Assembly (NCBI GenBank): GCA_001661245.1
Contig: KV454012.1
Span: 278,147 to 342,146 of the forward strand
Length of the DNA: 64,000 nucleotides
Source: Pachysolen tannophilus NRRL Y-2460
Lineage: Eukaryota
Reading direction: 5' to 3'
Of the stretch, positions 33,598 to 44,553 are shown piece by piece. Each line of letters opens with the position of its first letter. Position 1 is the stretch's first letter. The notes under the pieces are model-generated. The model did not search any database. It had not been told where the DNA came from and saw only the letters and a program-made list of their open reading frames with translations. The translations under genes were made by a program, and so were the position numbers.

Positions 33598-36555
33598 ATG
33601 TTTTCAAAATTCTTCTTGCTACTATTGGTAGTGATGCTACTGATAATAAAAAATGCTCAATCGGTTGTGGTTACTGTTGAGGATTATTCAACAACAACAA
33701 TCACTGAAACGACAACAATAGATGCTGTGTTGACCGTTTACGTGTATGAAGATATATATGGATCATCTACTGAATATCAATCAGTTACTCTGTACCTTAG
33801 TGCAAGTTCTAGTGTTGCATCAAGCGCTTCTTCAACAACTTTGGAAATCATGACAAGTGCTAGTACTACAACTAGTACCATCTATAGTGCTACTGAAACT
33901 CCAAGCTCCACAGATACTGGTACTATTGTCACCACAATTCTGTCTGTGTCTGCTCCATTGATTACAAACACAATTGTTCTGTCAAGTTCCATTTCTGAAA
34001 CAATTGATACAAACACTTTGACAACTGATGTTACTCTATCAACCACTACATCAACCGTGTCAACTTCGTCAACCGAATCAAGCTCAAGCTCAAGCTCAAG
34101 CTCTGAAACAACCGACTCAAGTTCTCTGTCAATTGATGTTAATCTTTATACAACTACATCATCAGCATTAACAATTTCTGTACCAACAGATTCAACTACT
34201 CAGACCACTGAGTCTAGTATTTATACTACAACATCGTCTGTATCAAGTACAGTTTCTGGAACATCTGATTCAAGTACTCTGTCAATTGATGTTAGTCTTT
34301 ATACTACCACATCAGCTGCATCAAGTTCTTCAACAAGTGAAAGCTCTTCATCAGGAACTTCAAGCTCTGTTATTTCATCATCATCATCAACTTCAGGTTA
34401 TACTGGTGATTTGTTCAGCGTTATTGACACTGCAGCTCCACCATCAGTTTTCCCACGTGAAAACTTATACTTGAGTCTTACAGATGGTGTTAGTAACGGT
34501 GACACTCCTTACGAAACCAATAAATTCTATACAAACATGATGTTGGATGATCAAGATGATTTCGTATTTGTCTATCCATATGCTGTTTGGTGGTTAAAAG
34601 ATACCTACTACGGTTTAGGTATTTCCCACACCACTTACAGTGATTATGTCTTTACTTATGATGACGATTCAACTACAGCTTCATCCTACAGTAATCCATT
34701 GGATGTTGAATCCTTGGTTTTATCAGCAGACAGCTTTGATTCTTCAGTTACTTTAGATCTCACTGAAATGGAACACATGTCAGTATTAGCTACTTTATCT
34801 GAAAGTTCATCAACCACCAATTTCATTGATTTCCCATTGGTTCAAGGTATGGGATTTGTCACTGGTGTTTACAACGGTGGGTTAACTCCAATTATTAACT
34901 CTCTGGTTGGATTTTCTGTTATCACACAAGAAGAATCCGATGCCCTTGCCAGTGGTATTCTCAAATACCGTGCTACTTTATACAATGAAGTTGATTGGTT
35001 AATTTACGTCACTTTACCAGATGGTTACACTACTAGCGATTTCAGCTTTACTACTGAAAGCTCATATGAATTAAAAGGTTCTGCTTCAATTGATGGCTTG
35101 ATCATTCAAGTTGCTGTTGCTCCAGACTCTACCCAAGAAGCTTACTATGACGAAGCAGCTGGTATGTACCCAACTGCTGCAAATGTCTCTGGTACAGTCA
35201 CCGACAGTACAAGCGCAGTATACTCACTTTCTTACACCACTTCGGGTAAATCTTACTCAGGAAGCACCATGGTCTTTGCTTTGGCACATCACGTTGATTC
35301 CTTGTCGAGTACTACTGCTGATTTAGCAACCGGAATTTCATTATACTCAACCACTAAGGGTAAGATGTATGGTTACTTGACCACAGAATTAATCATGGAA
35401 GAAACTTTAGAAACTGATATTCAGTTCTTACCTTGGGTTGCTAACATGACTTCTGATTTATCTTACACAGCAGACCAATTGCAATTAATAGCAGCTGCTG
35501 CAAATAGCGAATTATCTGTTGACATTGCAACTACTGTTGCTTCTCTTGACTCTAACTACTACTCCGGTAAAGTTATTGATAAATATGCTTACATTTTGTT
35601 GACAGTTAGTGAAATCATTGGTTCAGAAGATGTCACAAAACAAACATTATCGCTGATGAAAGATGCATTTGCACCATTTTTAAACAATACTCAATATTAT
35701 CCTTTAATGTACGATACTTTGTACAAAGGTGTCACATCAACTGCTTCCCAAAGTGGTGACACTGATTTGGATTTCGGTTCAGGATACTATAACGACCATC
35801 ATTTCCATTACGGTTACTTTGTTCATGCAGCTGCTATTGTTGGTTACGTTGATGCCAAATACAATGGTACTTGGGCTGAGGAGAATAAAGATTGGGTTAA
35901 CTCTTTGATTAGAGATGTTGCTAACCCATCGAGTGATGATACTTATTTCCCTATCTCAAGAATGTTTGATTGGTTCCATGGCCACTCCTGGGCTGCTGGT
36001 TTATTTTCTGCTGCAGACGGTAAAAACGAAGAATCTTCTTCTGAAGATTATAATTTTGCTTACGGTATGAAATTATGGGGTAAAGTTATCGGTGACAATT
36101 CTATGGAGTCAAGAGGTGATTTGATGTTAGCTGTTATGAAAAGAGCTATGAACAAATACTTCTTGTACTCAGATGACAATGATGTTGAACCATCTCCAAT
36201 AATTCCAAACAAGGTTTCAGGTATCTTATTTGACAACATGATTGAACACACTACTTACTTCGGATCAAATACCGAGTACATTCAAGGTATTCACATGTTA
36301 CCTATTACACCTGTTTCATCGTTGATTCGTGGTGCTGAATTTGTTAAACAAGAATGGGATGAAGTCATTGCAAGTATTATTGACAGTGTTGATAGCGGTT
36401 GGACTGGTATTTTACGTCTTAATGAAGCACTTTATGATGCCACCACCTCTTACTCTTTCTTCAGTTCAGATAATTTTACAAGCACATATCTTGACGACGG
36501 TCAAAGTTTGACATGGTGTTTAGCTTTTTCCGCTGGTATCATGAACTCCACTTGA
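33598..36555 (+). CDS. ENG1: Secreted endo-1,3-beta-glucanase, GH81 (Dse4/Eng1)
   Basis: Signal peptide, Ser/Thr-rich stalk, TNKFYTNM, YNDHHFHYGYF, DWFHGHSWAAG, catalytic NEESSSED. Confidence 0.92.
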   Translation: MFSKFFLLLLVVMLLIIKNAQSVVVTVEDYSTTTITETTTIDAVLTVYVYEDIYGSSTEYQSVTLYLSASSSVASSASSTTLEIMTSASTTTSTIYSATETPSSTDTGTIVTTILSVSAPLITNTIVLSSSISETIDTNTLTTDVTLSTTTSTVSTSSTESSSSSSSSSETTDSSSLSIDVNLYTTTSSALTISVPTDSTTQTTESSIYTTTSSVSSTVSGTSDSSTLSIDVSLYTTTSAASSSSTSESSSSGTSSSVISSSSSTSGYTGDLFSVIDTAAPPSVFPRENLYLSLTDGVSNGDTPYETNKFYTNMMLDDQDDFVFVYPYAVWWLKDTYYGLGISHTTYSDYVFTYDDDSTTASSYSNPLDVESLVLSADSFDSSVTLDLTEMEHMSVLATLSESSSTTNFIDFPLVQGMGFVTGVYNGGLTPIINSLVGFSVITQEESDALASGILKYRATLYNEVDWLIYVTLPDGYTTSDFSFTTESSYELKGSASIDGLIIQVAVAPDSTQEAYYDEAAGMYPTAANVSGTVTDSTSAVYSLSYTTSGKSYSGSTMVFALAHHVDSLSSTTADLATGISLYSTTKGKMYGYLTTELIMEETLETDIQFLPWVANMTSDLSYTADQLQLIAAAANSELSVDIATTVASLDSNYYSGKVIDKYAYILLTVSEIIGSEDVTKQTLSLMKDAFAPFLNNTQYYPLMYDTLYKGVTSTASQSGDTDLDFGSGYYNDHHFHYGYFVHAAAIVGYVDAKYNGTWAEENKDWVNSLIRDVANPSSDDTYFPISRMFDWFHGHSWAAGLFSAADGKNEESSSEDYNFAYGMKLWGKVIGDNSMESRGDLMLAVMKRAMNKYFLYSDDNDVEPSPIIPNKVSGILFDNMIEHTTYFGSNTEYIQGIHMLPITPVSSLIRGAEFVKQEWDEVIASIIDSVDSGWTGILRLNEALYDATTSYSFFSSDNFTSTYLDDGQSLTWCLAFSAGIMNST

Positions 36556-36754
36556 AATAGCTTCCATGTTTTTCTTTTTGTTATTCATCCCTCTTTTTTT
36601 GATTTATGGGAATTTTTTAAAATGTAAATTATATAAGTGTATTTTAGTATAGTCAGCTAATAAATCAGTTGCAATTTGTTTTATCCTAATTATAAGTAGT
36701 AACTATAAAAAGATAACAAATAATCAAAATGATTATTAACGAATCGTCTATAAT

Positions 36755-37924
36755 TCAAAGGCAATCATTTCGTCTTTTATTTGAACAACGCAGCAAATGG
36801 TTGAAATAATTCACAAACAACCCTTCCGGTTTTTCGTACCCAGTTTCGTCTTCATTGTGGTTAATATACTCGGGATGCCCTAATCTTACCCACGAACAAC
36901 AGCAAGGACATTTGACATGAGTACGGAAACATTTACGGGTGTTGAGTTCAAAAAGATGTGAAGGAGAAGGTAAAAGCTTCAACTGATTTCCTTCACAGAA
37001 AATTCCATGTGCTTTTGATAGGTGTGAATAAAGGTTTTCAATGTCAAACCATCTTTTTGCTGGACAAAATCGACATAAGAACTCTATTTTGCCTCTTTGA
37101 TTTAAATTTTGTCTAAAAAATTTGAATTTAGTGAAAATTTCGAAACATTTCTGTCCTTCTAACTGCTCTAAAATTATATCTTCTGATGGAGAATTTGGAC
37201 ATGAATCATGTGTAAAAAATTCAAATTCATGGACAAAATTGCTTTTGTAATCATCTGTTAGATTATGGTGTTGAAAATGCCTTGGAAGGAGCCTAAAATC
37301 AGTAATTTCAGAAAAGCTAATGTATCTGATTCTTCCTGATTGCTCTCCTAAAGAGTTTGAGGCCACTGCAATTGACTGGTGAGAAATAGCGGTACACAAT
37401 TCTATCTCGTTGAAATCGCCAAATGACTTATTATCAAAGCCAATGCAGGAGTCGTTATCAGGAAACTCCACTTTCCGACTAAACAAAGCTCGCATGGACC
37501 ATCTTTTGGATCTATTTCTTATTGGAAAAGTTGTATTTTCCTTATTTTCAGTAATTTCATCATAAAAACTTTGTGTTGGATTATTTGAAATATAGTCCCT
37601 AAACTTTCTATGGTTTCTATGAAATAATTTTGTTGAACGAGTACTTTTATTAGATTCTTCTATTTTTGATACTGGGTCATGAAAGCTCTCTTCTTCGGAT
37701 ACAGCAGTGTAAGCGTATAAAGAAAACAGATTTCTCCTAGACCTTGTATTATCACTGTTTGACAGGATGAAGGACAATTCTTTTGAATCAAATGGAGTTT
37801 CTGGTAACGCACTTATAATTTCCTCCAAATCTTCTCTTTTCAAAAAACTAAGATTTAAATTTTCCTTTGATTCAAGCCACTCGTTTGTATTTTCTTGATT
37901 ATTTGATACATATAATGCCTCCAT
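36755..37924 (-). CDS. Protein with C-terminal Cys/His zinc-binding domain (Rua1_C/DUF4451-like)
   Basis: CRFCP..W....HL..AHGI...CPCC..WV...YFNH..RC pattern; first ATG 37924. Confidence 0.65.
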   Translation of the reverse strand: MEALYVSNNQENTNEWLESKENLNLSFLKREDLEEIISALPETPFDSKELSFILSNSDNTRSRRNLFSLYAYTAVSEEESFHDPVSKIEESNKSTRSTKLFHRNHRKFRDYISNNPTQSFYDEITENKENTTFPIRNRSKRWSMRALFSRKVEFPDNDSCIGFDNKSFGDFNEIELCTAISHQSIAVASNSLGEQSGRIRYISFSEITDFRLLPRHFQHHNLTDDYKSNFVHEFEFFTHDSCPNSPSEDIILEQLEGQKCFEIFTKFKFFRQNLNQRGKIEFLCRFCPAKRWFDIENLYSHLSKAHGIFCEGNQLKLLPSPSHLFELNTRKCFRTHVKCPCCCSWVRLGHPEYINHNEDETGYEKPEGLFVNYFNHLLRCSNKRRNDCL

Positions 37925-38903
37925 GACAATAAATTTCAAAAATTGTCTTGATTGACTAAGCTATTACATGTGCTTTAAGTACACCTTTATAAATATTTAT
38001 CTATAATATTTTTTTTTTATTTTTTTTTATAATGTTTTATTTATTTGCTCTTAGCTAAGTTTCCTTAATTAGCAACCTTTTAATTAGCCGATGTTAAATA
38101 TATAGCAGTATATCTAAGAAAATGTGGTTAGTCTTTTCAAACTCTTTAAAAGCAAAAAAACGCATTCAAAAAGATCTTTTACTTACAGAGTAATTTAATT
38201 TGAAATTCAATTAAAGTTCATAAAGTTCTCAAAAATTTTTTTTCTTAAATATCAAGTAAATCAACTGTCTGTCTATATTCAGATGATAAAAGAGCTGTAA
38301 ACGGTTTTAACTTGTAGATAGAGCTGATAAGTAAAGTACTGAATCAAATTCTTATTATTTTATTTTTACAATGTTACACAAATTGATTAAACAATAGGTG
38401 CGGCAACTACGCCGCATGCGGCTCAGATAATATAAATGCATAATACGGATTGGAAGTTAGATATCGTTTTATTTTCATGTCCAAGTATTACTGGAACTAT
38501 TTTAAGAGGAAGTTGCAACCGAAGAAAGCAGAAAATTAGACTTTTTAATGAATAAAGTATATACTGGTAGATGGTAAAGATTTATGATTAAAACACAATA
38601 TTTTTTTTTTCAAAACCATACTTAATTATTATTTAATTAATATAGTTACAATGCACTATTAAACCATGATGAAATATATGCCTATTTTACAACTGAATTA
38701 AATTATCACCTTTTAGTACAGAAATAAAAGAAAAAAGATACAACATAGAAAAGAAAAAGTAAAAGTAAAATGGAAAGGGAAAAAAGACAGCCAACAGAAT
38801 AAGATACTCAAGATAAAAGCTCGTAATAACAACCGAATTATTTGAAAAAACTGTTTTTTTTTTTTGGTTTTTTTTTTTTTTTTTTTTCTTTCACAAATAA
38901 AGT

Positions 38904-41297
38904 TTATCTCCAATTGCTGGAAGGCGGTGGAAATTGGTGTGGATGGCTTAATGGTTGTGGAGGCAGTATTTGTGATTGGAGGTGGACTCCCATTGGAACA
39001 TAACCAGATGGACCATAAGTATAACCGGGAAGATGCTGAGCCATTTGTTGCTGCTGCGGTATAGGTGGAGGTGGTTGCTGCTGATGTTGCTGACGTGCGT
39101 GAATTGGAGGAGGCAGAACTTGATGTTTTTGCAAAGGATGAGGAATCTGATTTGGTGAATTAGTACCATAATAATATCCCATGTTTGGTTTCTGGTATTG
39201 CTGAGCATATCCTGAAGGTGTAGATATGGATGAAGTCTTTTGCAAATTGTGAATTGTTTGATGTGAACTCTGCTGTTGTTGTGGTTGAGGCTGTGGTTGA
39301 GGTGGTGGTGGTTGTTGTTGCTGTTGCTGCAGGTGATGAACAGTTTGACCAAAAACTGGATGTCCGGGAATTGGTTGTGGTTGTGGCAGAACGCCCTGTG
39401 TCATTTGCTGTTGTTGATGATGAGTTGGAGGTGCAGCTTGAGTTGAAAAATATTGTGGCTGCGACATTGGTGGCGGAACACCAGAATTTTGATGTATAAG
39501 ATGATGAATTTGTTGAGGTTGATTGCGCAGCTGGAGATTCTGAGAAGCAACTTGTTGCTCTTGCTGGTGTTGAAGTTGTTGTTGTGCCTGTTGTGAAGCA
39601 GCATTATTATCTAGCAGTACTTTCTCAATTGTAGTTTCTTTCAATATTTCCACTCTTTCGCTTTGAGATAATGGAACCAAATCTCTCAACAAGACTTGAG
39701 GAATTTCTGGTGGTTCATTAAATGATGGGGCAGAAATTTCTCCCTTTGCAACACGTTTTAAAATTTCAGCTCTTTCTTCAGCTTTTCTTGCAGAAGCTAT
39801 ATCACCTGCGGCTCTATAACAACTAGCAGCTCTTAAACAAGAATCAGCCGAATCATTGGCCTGATCATCACATCTTTCATATACATCTGCAAGCCCTTCC
39901 CAAGCAGCGGCAGAAGCAGCAGAAGATGAAACAGAAACAGGGCTATTATTCTCATTTATTTGTAATCTAGCTGCTTGTGAATAAGCAGAAAGAGCATCTG
40001 CTAATTGTCCTAAATTCAAATATAATGAACCAACTGCTAACCAAGGAAGTGGATATGATGGAGCTCTTCTTAAAGCAATTTGATAAGCGTCATAAGCAGA
40101 TCTAAATGAGTCTACTAATGTATAGGCATAACCAAGTAAATACCACGGTAAGAAATCATCTGAATTTGATTCTGGAATACAAGGACCTGATTTACCTTCA
40201 AAACTTACAACTTTTTCCAATAACATTATTGCATGGGATGGATTGAAATAAGGACTTTCACGGAGCAACAAGAGGTAGGCATGAGTAATTAATACTCGAG
40301 GGTTATCTCCAATTGCTCTATGTGCTCCATCACAAGCAGCAAGTGCACCAACTATGTCACCAGCACGTTCTCTAGCTGTGGCCAATGCGCAGAACAATGC
40401 TGCATGTTCATCAACTCTTCCAAAAGGAGGAGGTGGCAAGGCCAATGTTGCCGACAATTCATTAGAAGCCATTTCTATATTTCCATCAGCTGCAAAAATC
40501 GCAGCCAATTCAGCATGAGCTGCTCTAGCAATATCAATATCTTCTTTAGTAAAACTTTCTTGATCTGGAGATAAACAAGAAAGACATCTTTTTAAAGAAT
40601 CCACAGCATGACTAACAGCACCACCTCTAACCAACGATTGTCCATTCAAAAGCCATAACGAGGCATCATTTGGTTCTAATTGTAAAGCTCGTTGAAGAGC
40701 ATTATGTGCTTGTTCTGGAGTTCCTGTTATCAAATGACATTCTGCTATTTCTTTCCATATATTTGAATCATTACCTAATTCAGGAAATTGCTGCACGGAT
40801 GTTGTTAATAATTCAACGGATTTTTGGGAACCAGCCAGCTGATTACGATTCAAATCACTTGTTCTTAAAGAAGAAGCTAGCCCAACAAGAGCAACGTTAT
40901 TTGAAGGATCATATTTCAAGGCAGAATCAAATGAGGTGATGGCAAGGTTTAATAATCCAAAAGTTGTAGCACATTTACCACACGTAATCCAAGTATCAAA
41001 AGCCCCTCTAGCAAACGATGGATCAAAGTACTTAATATCGATTAACAGCAGCAGCAGCAGCAGCAGCAGAGCAGGTGGGCCTGGAGGGCCTGGAAGGCCG
41101 GTAGACCCAGAAGGACCATGGGCGGGAAGCGGTGGCGGCGGCAGCAGCACCAGTGGAGGCAGCAGCCCCAGCAGTTGTTGCTGCAGTTGCAGTTGTATTA
41201 CTGGTATATTTGATTGTCTTGGAGTATTGGCAGATGAAGGTGTCTTTGCACGTTTAATCCTATGTGGAGGTGAATCGCCCTTGTATGTCTGTGCCAT
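38904..41297 (-). CDS. TPR protein of the Ssn6/Cyc8-like corepressor family (Tcc1-like)
   Basis: Multiple TPR motifs (PWYLLGYAY..AYDAYQIALRRAP, PWLAVGSLY..GQLADALSAYSQA) and a Gln/Pro-rich C-terminus. Confidence 0.75.
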   Translation of the reverse strand: MAQTYKGDSPPHRIKRAKTPSSANTPRQSNIPVIQLQLQQQLLGLLPPLVLLPPPPLPAHGPSGSTGLPGPPGPPALLLLLLLLLIDIKYFDPSFARGAFDTWITCGKCATTFGLLNLAITSFDSALKYDPSNNVALVGLASSLRTSDLNRNQLAGSQKSVELLTTSVQQFPELGNDSNIWKEIAECHLITGTPEQAHNALQRALQLEPNDASLWLLNGQSLVRGGAVSHAVDSLKRCLSCLSPDQESFTKEDIDIARAAHAELAAIFAADGNIEMASNELSATLALPPPPFGRVDEHAALFCALATARERAGDIVGALAACDGAHRAIGDNPRVLITHAYLLLLRESPYFNPSHAIMLLEKVVSFEGKSGPCIPESNSDDFLPWYLLGYAYTLVDSFRSAYDAYQIALRRAPSYPLPWLAVGSLYLNLGQLADALSAYSQAARLQINENNSPVSVSSSAASAAAWEGLADVYERCDDQANDSADSCLRAASCYRAAGDIASARKAEERAEILKRVAKGEISAPSFNEPPEIPQVLLRDLVPLSQSERVEILKETTIEKVLLDNNAASQQAQQQLQHQQEQQVASQNLQLRNQPQQIHHLIHQNSGVPPPMSQPQYFSTQAAPPTHHQQQQMTQGVLPQPQPIPGHPVFGQTVHHLQQQQQQPPPPQPQPQPQQQQSSHQTIHNLQKTSSISTPSGYAQQYQKPNMGYYYGTNSPNQIPHPLQKHQVLPPPIHARQQHQQQPPPPIPQQQQMAQHLPGYTYGPSGYVPMGVHLQSQILPPQPLSHPHQFPPPSSNWR

Positions 41298-42774
41298 GTT
41301 GCAATCAAGAAAAAAATATATGTATTATATATATTTAAGTCAATTGCAGATAGATATATAACTTCCTCTTGAATGAAAATAAAAAAAATTAAAAAAAATA
41401 ATAATATTAAAATTATAGGAAAAAAAAAATTGTTCCAAAAAAATGTCCCGATAAATAGATTGATTGATTGATTGATTGCTATATGATTGGTTTTCCGTTT
41501 AATTGGATTTAAAAAAGTACAAGTAAACCAAATGTTGGACAATCAAAAAAAAAAAATTTTAATTTTTTTTTAAATTTTAAAATAATAAAAAGAAAAAGAA
41601 ATAGAGAAAGAAAGAAAGAAAGAAAGAAAAAAAAAAAAAAAAAAAAAAAAAAAGANNNNNNNNNNNNNNNNNNNNNNNNNNNNNNNNNNNNNNNNNNNNN
41701 NNNNNNNNNNNNNNNNNNNNNNNNNNNNNNNNNNNNNNNNNNNNNNNNNNNNNNNNNNNNNNNNNNNNNNNNNNNNNNNNNNNNNNNNNNNNNNNNNNNN
41801 NNNNNNNNNNNNNNNNNNNNNNNNNNNNNNNNNNNNNNNNNNNNNNNNNNNNNNNNNNNNNNNNNNNNNNNNNNNNNNNNNNNNNNNNNNNNNNNNNNNN
41901 NNNNNNNNNNNNNNNNNNNNNNNNNNNNNNNNNNNNNNNNNNNNNNNNNNNNNNNNNNNNNNNNNNNNNNNNNNNNNNNNNNAAAAAAAAAAAGAGAGAA
42001 AATTTGAAATTCCTTCTGTTTTTTCAGTGAATAAGCTACAAAAAATGGGTAAGTAGAAAAAAAATTTTAATTGAAAAAGAAAACCTATTCAGCTTATGCA
42101 GTCTGTGAGGTGCATGGAGAGAAAAAAAGTTTCGAAATCTAGAAAATAAGGTTTAGCTTGCATTACACACAATGCAAGTTAGCTGCTTATATATAATAAC
42201 AGCATATGTACACCCTGCTTTCTAGCTTTAAATTGTGATGAATTGTTATAATTGTCAATGATAAATCCGACATTCTTGTAAATTTTGCATTTATTATTGT
42301 CTATTATTTTGGCCATAAGTTGAAAACTTTCCCGCAAAATGCATGTTTTCTTATTTATATATTATACTGTGTGAAAGGATAGAAACAATTTTTTTTTTTT
42401 TTTAAAAAGAATTGTTTTGTAGTTTTGTTTGCTTTTCTTATCTATTGTAAAATGAAATGAATAAATAAATATTTATATATATATTTTGGCTTTTTGTTAT
42501 AGTGTTTACTAATACAACTTTTAGTACTTTTTAGTAGTGAATAAATACCTTAGATAGGTACAATAAACAATTACAATTAAAAAAGAAAAAAAAAAAGAAA
42601 AACCCAAATAAAAAAAAAAGAAAAAAATTTCTTTTCTTTTTTGTTTTGTTTGTTTTAATTTGACGTTAGCCGCAAACAAAAACTGTAGGCTTAGCAAAAT
42701 ATGATGCACCTGGCCGGTAGGTGCATATGTACGCTTTGCACATGCGCATAAACACTCATAAACACTTATAATAA

Positions 42775-42877
42775 CACACACACATACACACAGAAATACA
42801 CAGAAACACACAGAAACACAAACAAACATACATGCACACTTGCAGACACACGCACGTACATGCACACAGCACACACA
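42775..42877 (+). repeat. Degenerate (CA)n microsatellite
   Basis: Imperfect ACAC/ACAGAA tract in a long intergenic region. Confidence 0.8.
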
Positions 42878-43737
42878 AAAGCTGGATCAACCTAAAACAC
42901 TAACCTAAACTATCTAGTGCCTTCTTGCTCCAAACTAAAAACTTTAACTTTCATTTTTTTTTTCTTTTTTGTTGTTGTTGTGACGTGTGCTCTCCATAGT
43001 AGTGTCATGATATAAGATTATTGCTACATGCACGATTATGTGCATTGCTCAAACAAGCAAACCTAATAAGCGTATGCATGGAAATCTAACAATCTAATGG
43101 CTCATCCCGATATTCTGCTTAAGGATTTTTTTTTTTTTTTTTTACTTGTAAATTATGCATGACCGATGTATAAAGCACAAAGTAAATAGTATTATTATTA
43201 TTATAAGAATAAATTTTAGTTGATCAGTGGTTTGATTTTCTATTCAATTTATAGATAAATAAAAACTGTAACTGATTTAATGATCAATAAAATAATTGAA
43301 AATCATTTTTTACTAGAGTACAAGAAGGGAAATAAATAAAAACGGAAACGGGAATTTTATTTTTTCTTCTTTAAAACTTCAACTGAAATATGTTTGTTAA
43401 ATGCTGAAAATGTGTTTGGTCTTCTTCACCTATATGAGGTTTTTTACGTATGTAAAAGAGATAAAATCACTAGAGTTACAAAGCAGGATCATTTCAAAAT
43501 AAAACTTTTTTTTTTATTTTTTTATTTTTTTCTCTCTTTACGTTTTGAACTCAAGCAATCAGTGTTCAGTTTAAATAGAAACAATTTTCCGCTGATTCGT
43601 GATGCATATTTAAAACAAAATTCTCATATACACTATAGATTATAAATACTACTATAATTAGTTTAATCTAATATAACACCACAATATAAAAAAATACGTA
43701 CAGACTTGATACATCTAGATACGTTCAAGTACTATAG

Positions 43738-43768
<31 letters not shown>

Positions 43769-44245
43769 AATATATATACATGTTTGTTCGAAGGACCTTT
43801 AACCAAAATAAGGAGTTTTGAAAATTTATGACAACTCTAGAAACTGAAAAACTGAAAAGCCTGAAAAACCCCTTCTCCCTTTTTTTTTATTTTTTTTTAT
43901 TTCTTTCTCTTTTTTGGCAATACTTTGAGTAAAGCAAATTTTTTATTTTGGCATTGGCATTCGAATAATGAAATAACAGAAAAAAAAGTCTTGTTCAATC
44001 CAACTATATATTAAAAATAATTTTTAAAAAAAACTCACTTCTTGTCATACTTTTTATCTTTGTAAAAACAACTGGGGGGTTCTTTTTTTTTTTACTTTTT
44101 ACTTTTTTCTTATATTTTGTAACTCATCTTTACGGCAATCAAACTTCTAGAATATAATTCAGATTAGGGAGATTATCAATAAACCCGTATACCTAATAAC
44201 CTAGTCCATATATTCTATTAATTTTTCAATTAAATGCCAAACATG

Positions 44246-44305
44246 ACGCGTGTAGTGGAAAATTACTCTTTTTTGAAATTTCCCTTTTGGGACATTTTTT
44301 TCGTG
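44246..44305. promoter_or_regulatory. MCB and SCB G1/S elements
   Basis: ACGCGT at 44246-44251 and TTTCGTG at 44299-44305, upstream of a TATA-like TATATAAA. Confidence 0.5.
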
Positions 44306-44402
44306 TTTCCAGCCTAGTTAATATAGCCTATATAAAATATAGGTAAGGTAAGTAAGTAAATATATTTGTATGATGTATTTTTGTTGTAATTGTATATATA
44401 AT

Positions 44403-44438
<36 letters not shown>

Positions 44439-44553
44439 CAGGTTCATTCTTTAATTGGAAGAATCTCTTGAAATTGGAGGATTGTTTAGAAATTAAATAA
44501 ATTTATTTATTTATTTATTTATTTATTATTATTTCTCTTGGTTAAGAATAAAG

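Noticed and set aside
42521..42874. Cys/Val-rich 117-aa ORF
   Set aside because: Translation of the (TG)n microsatellite.
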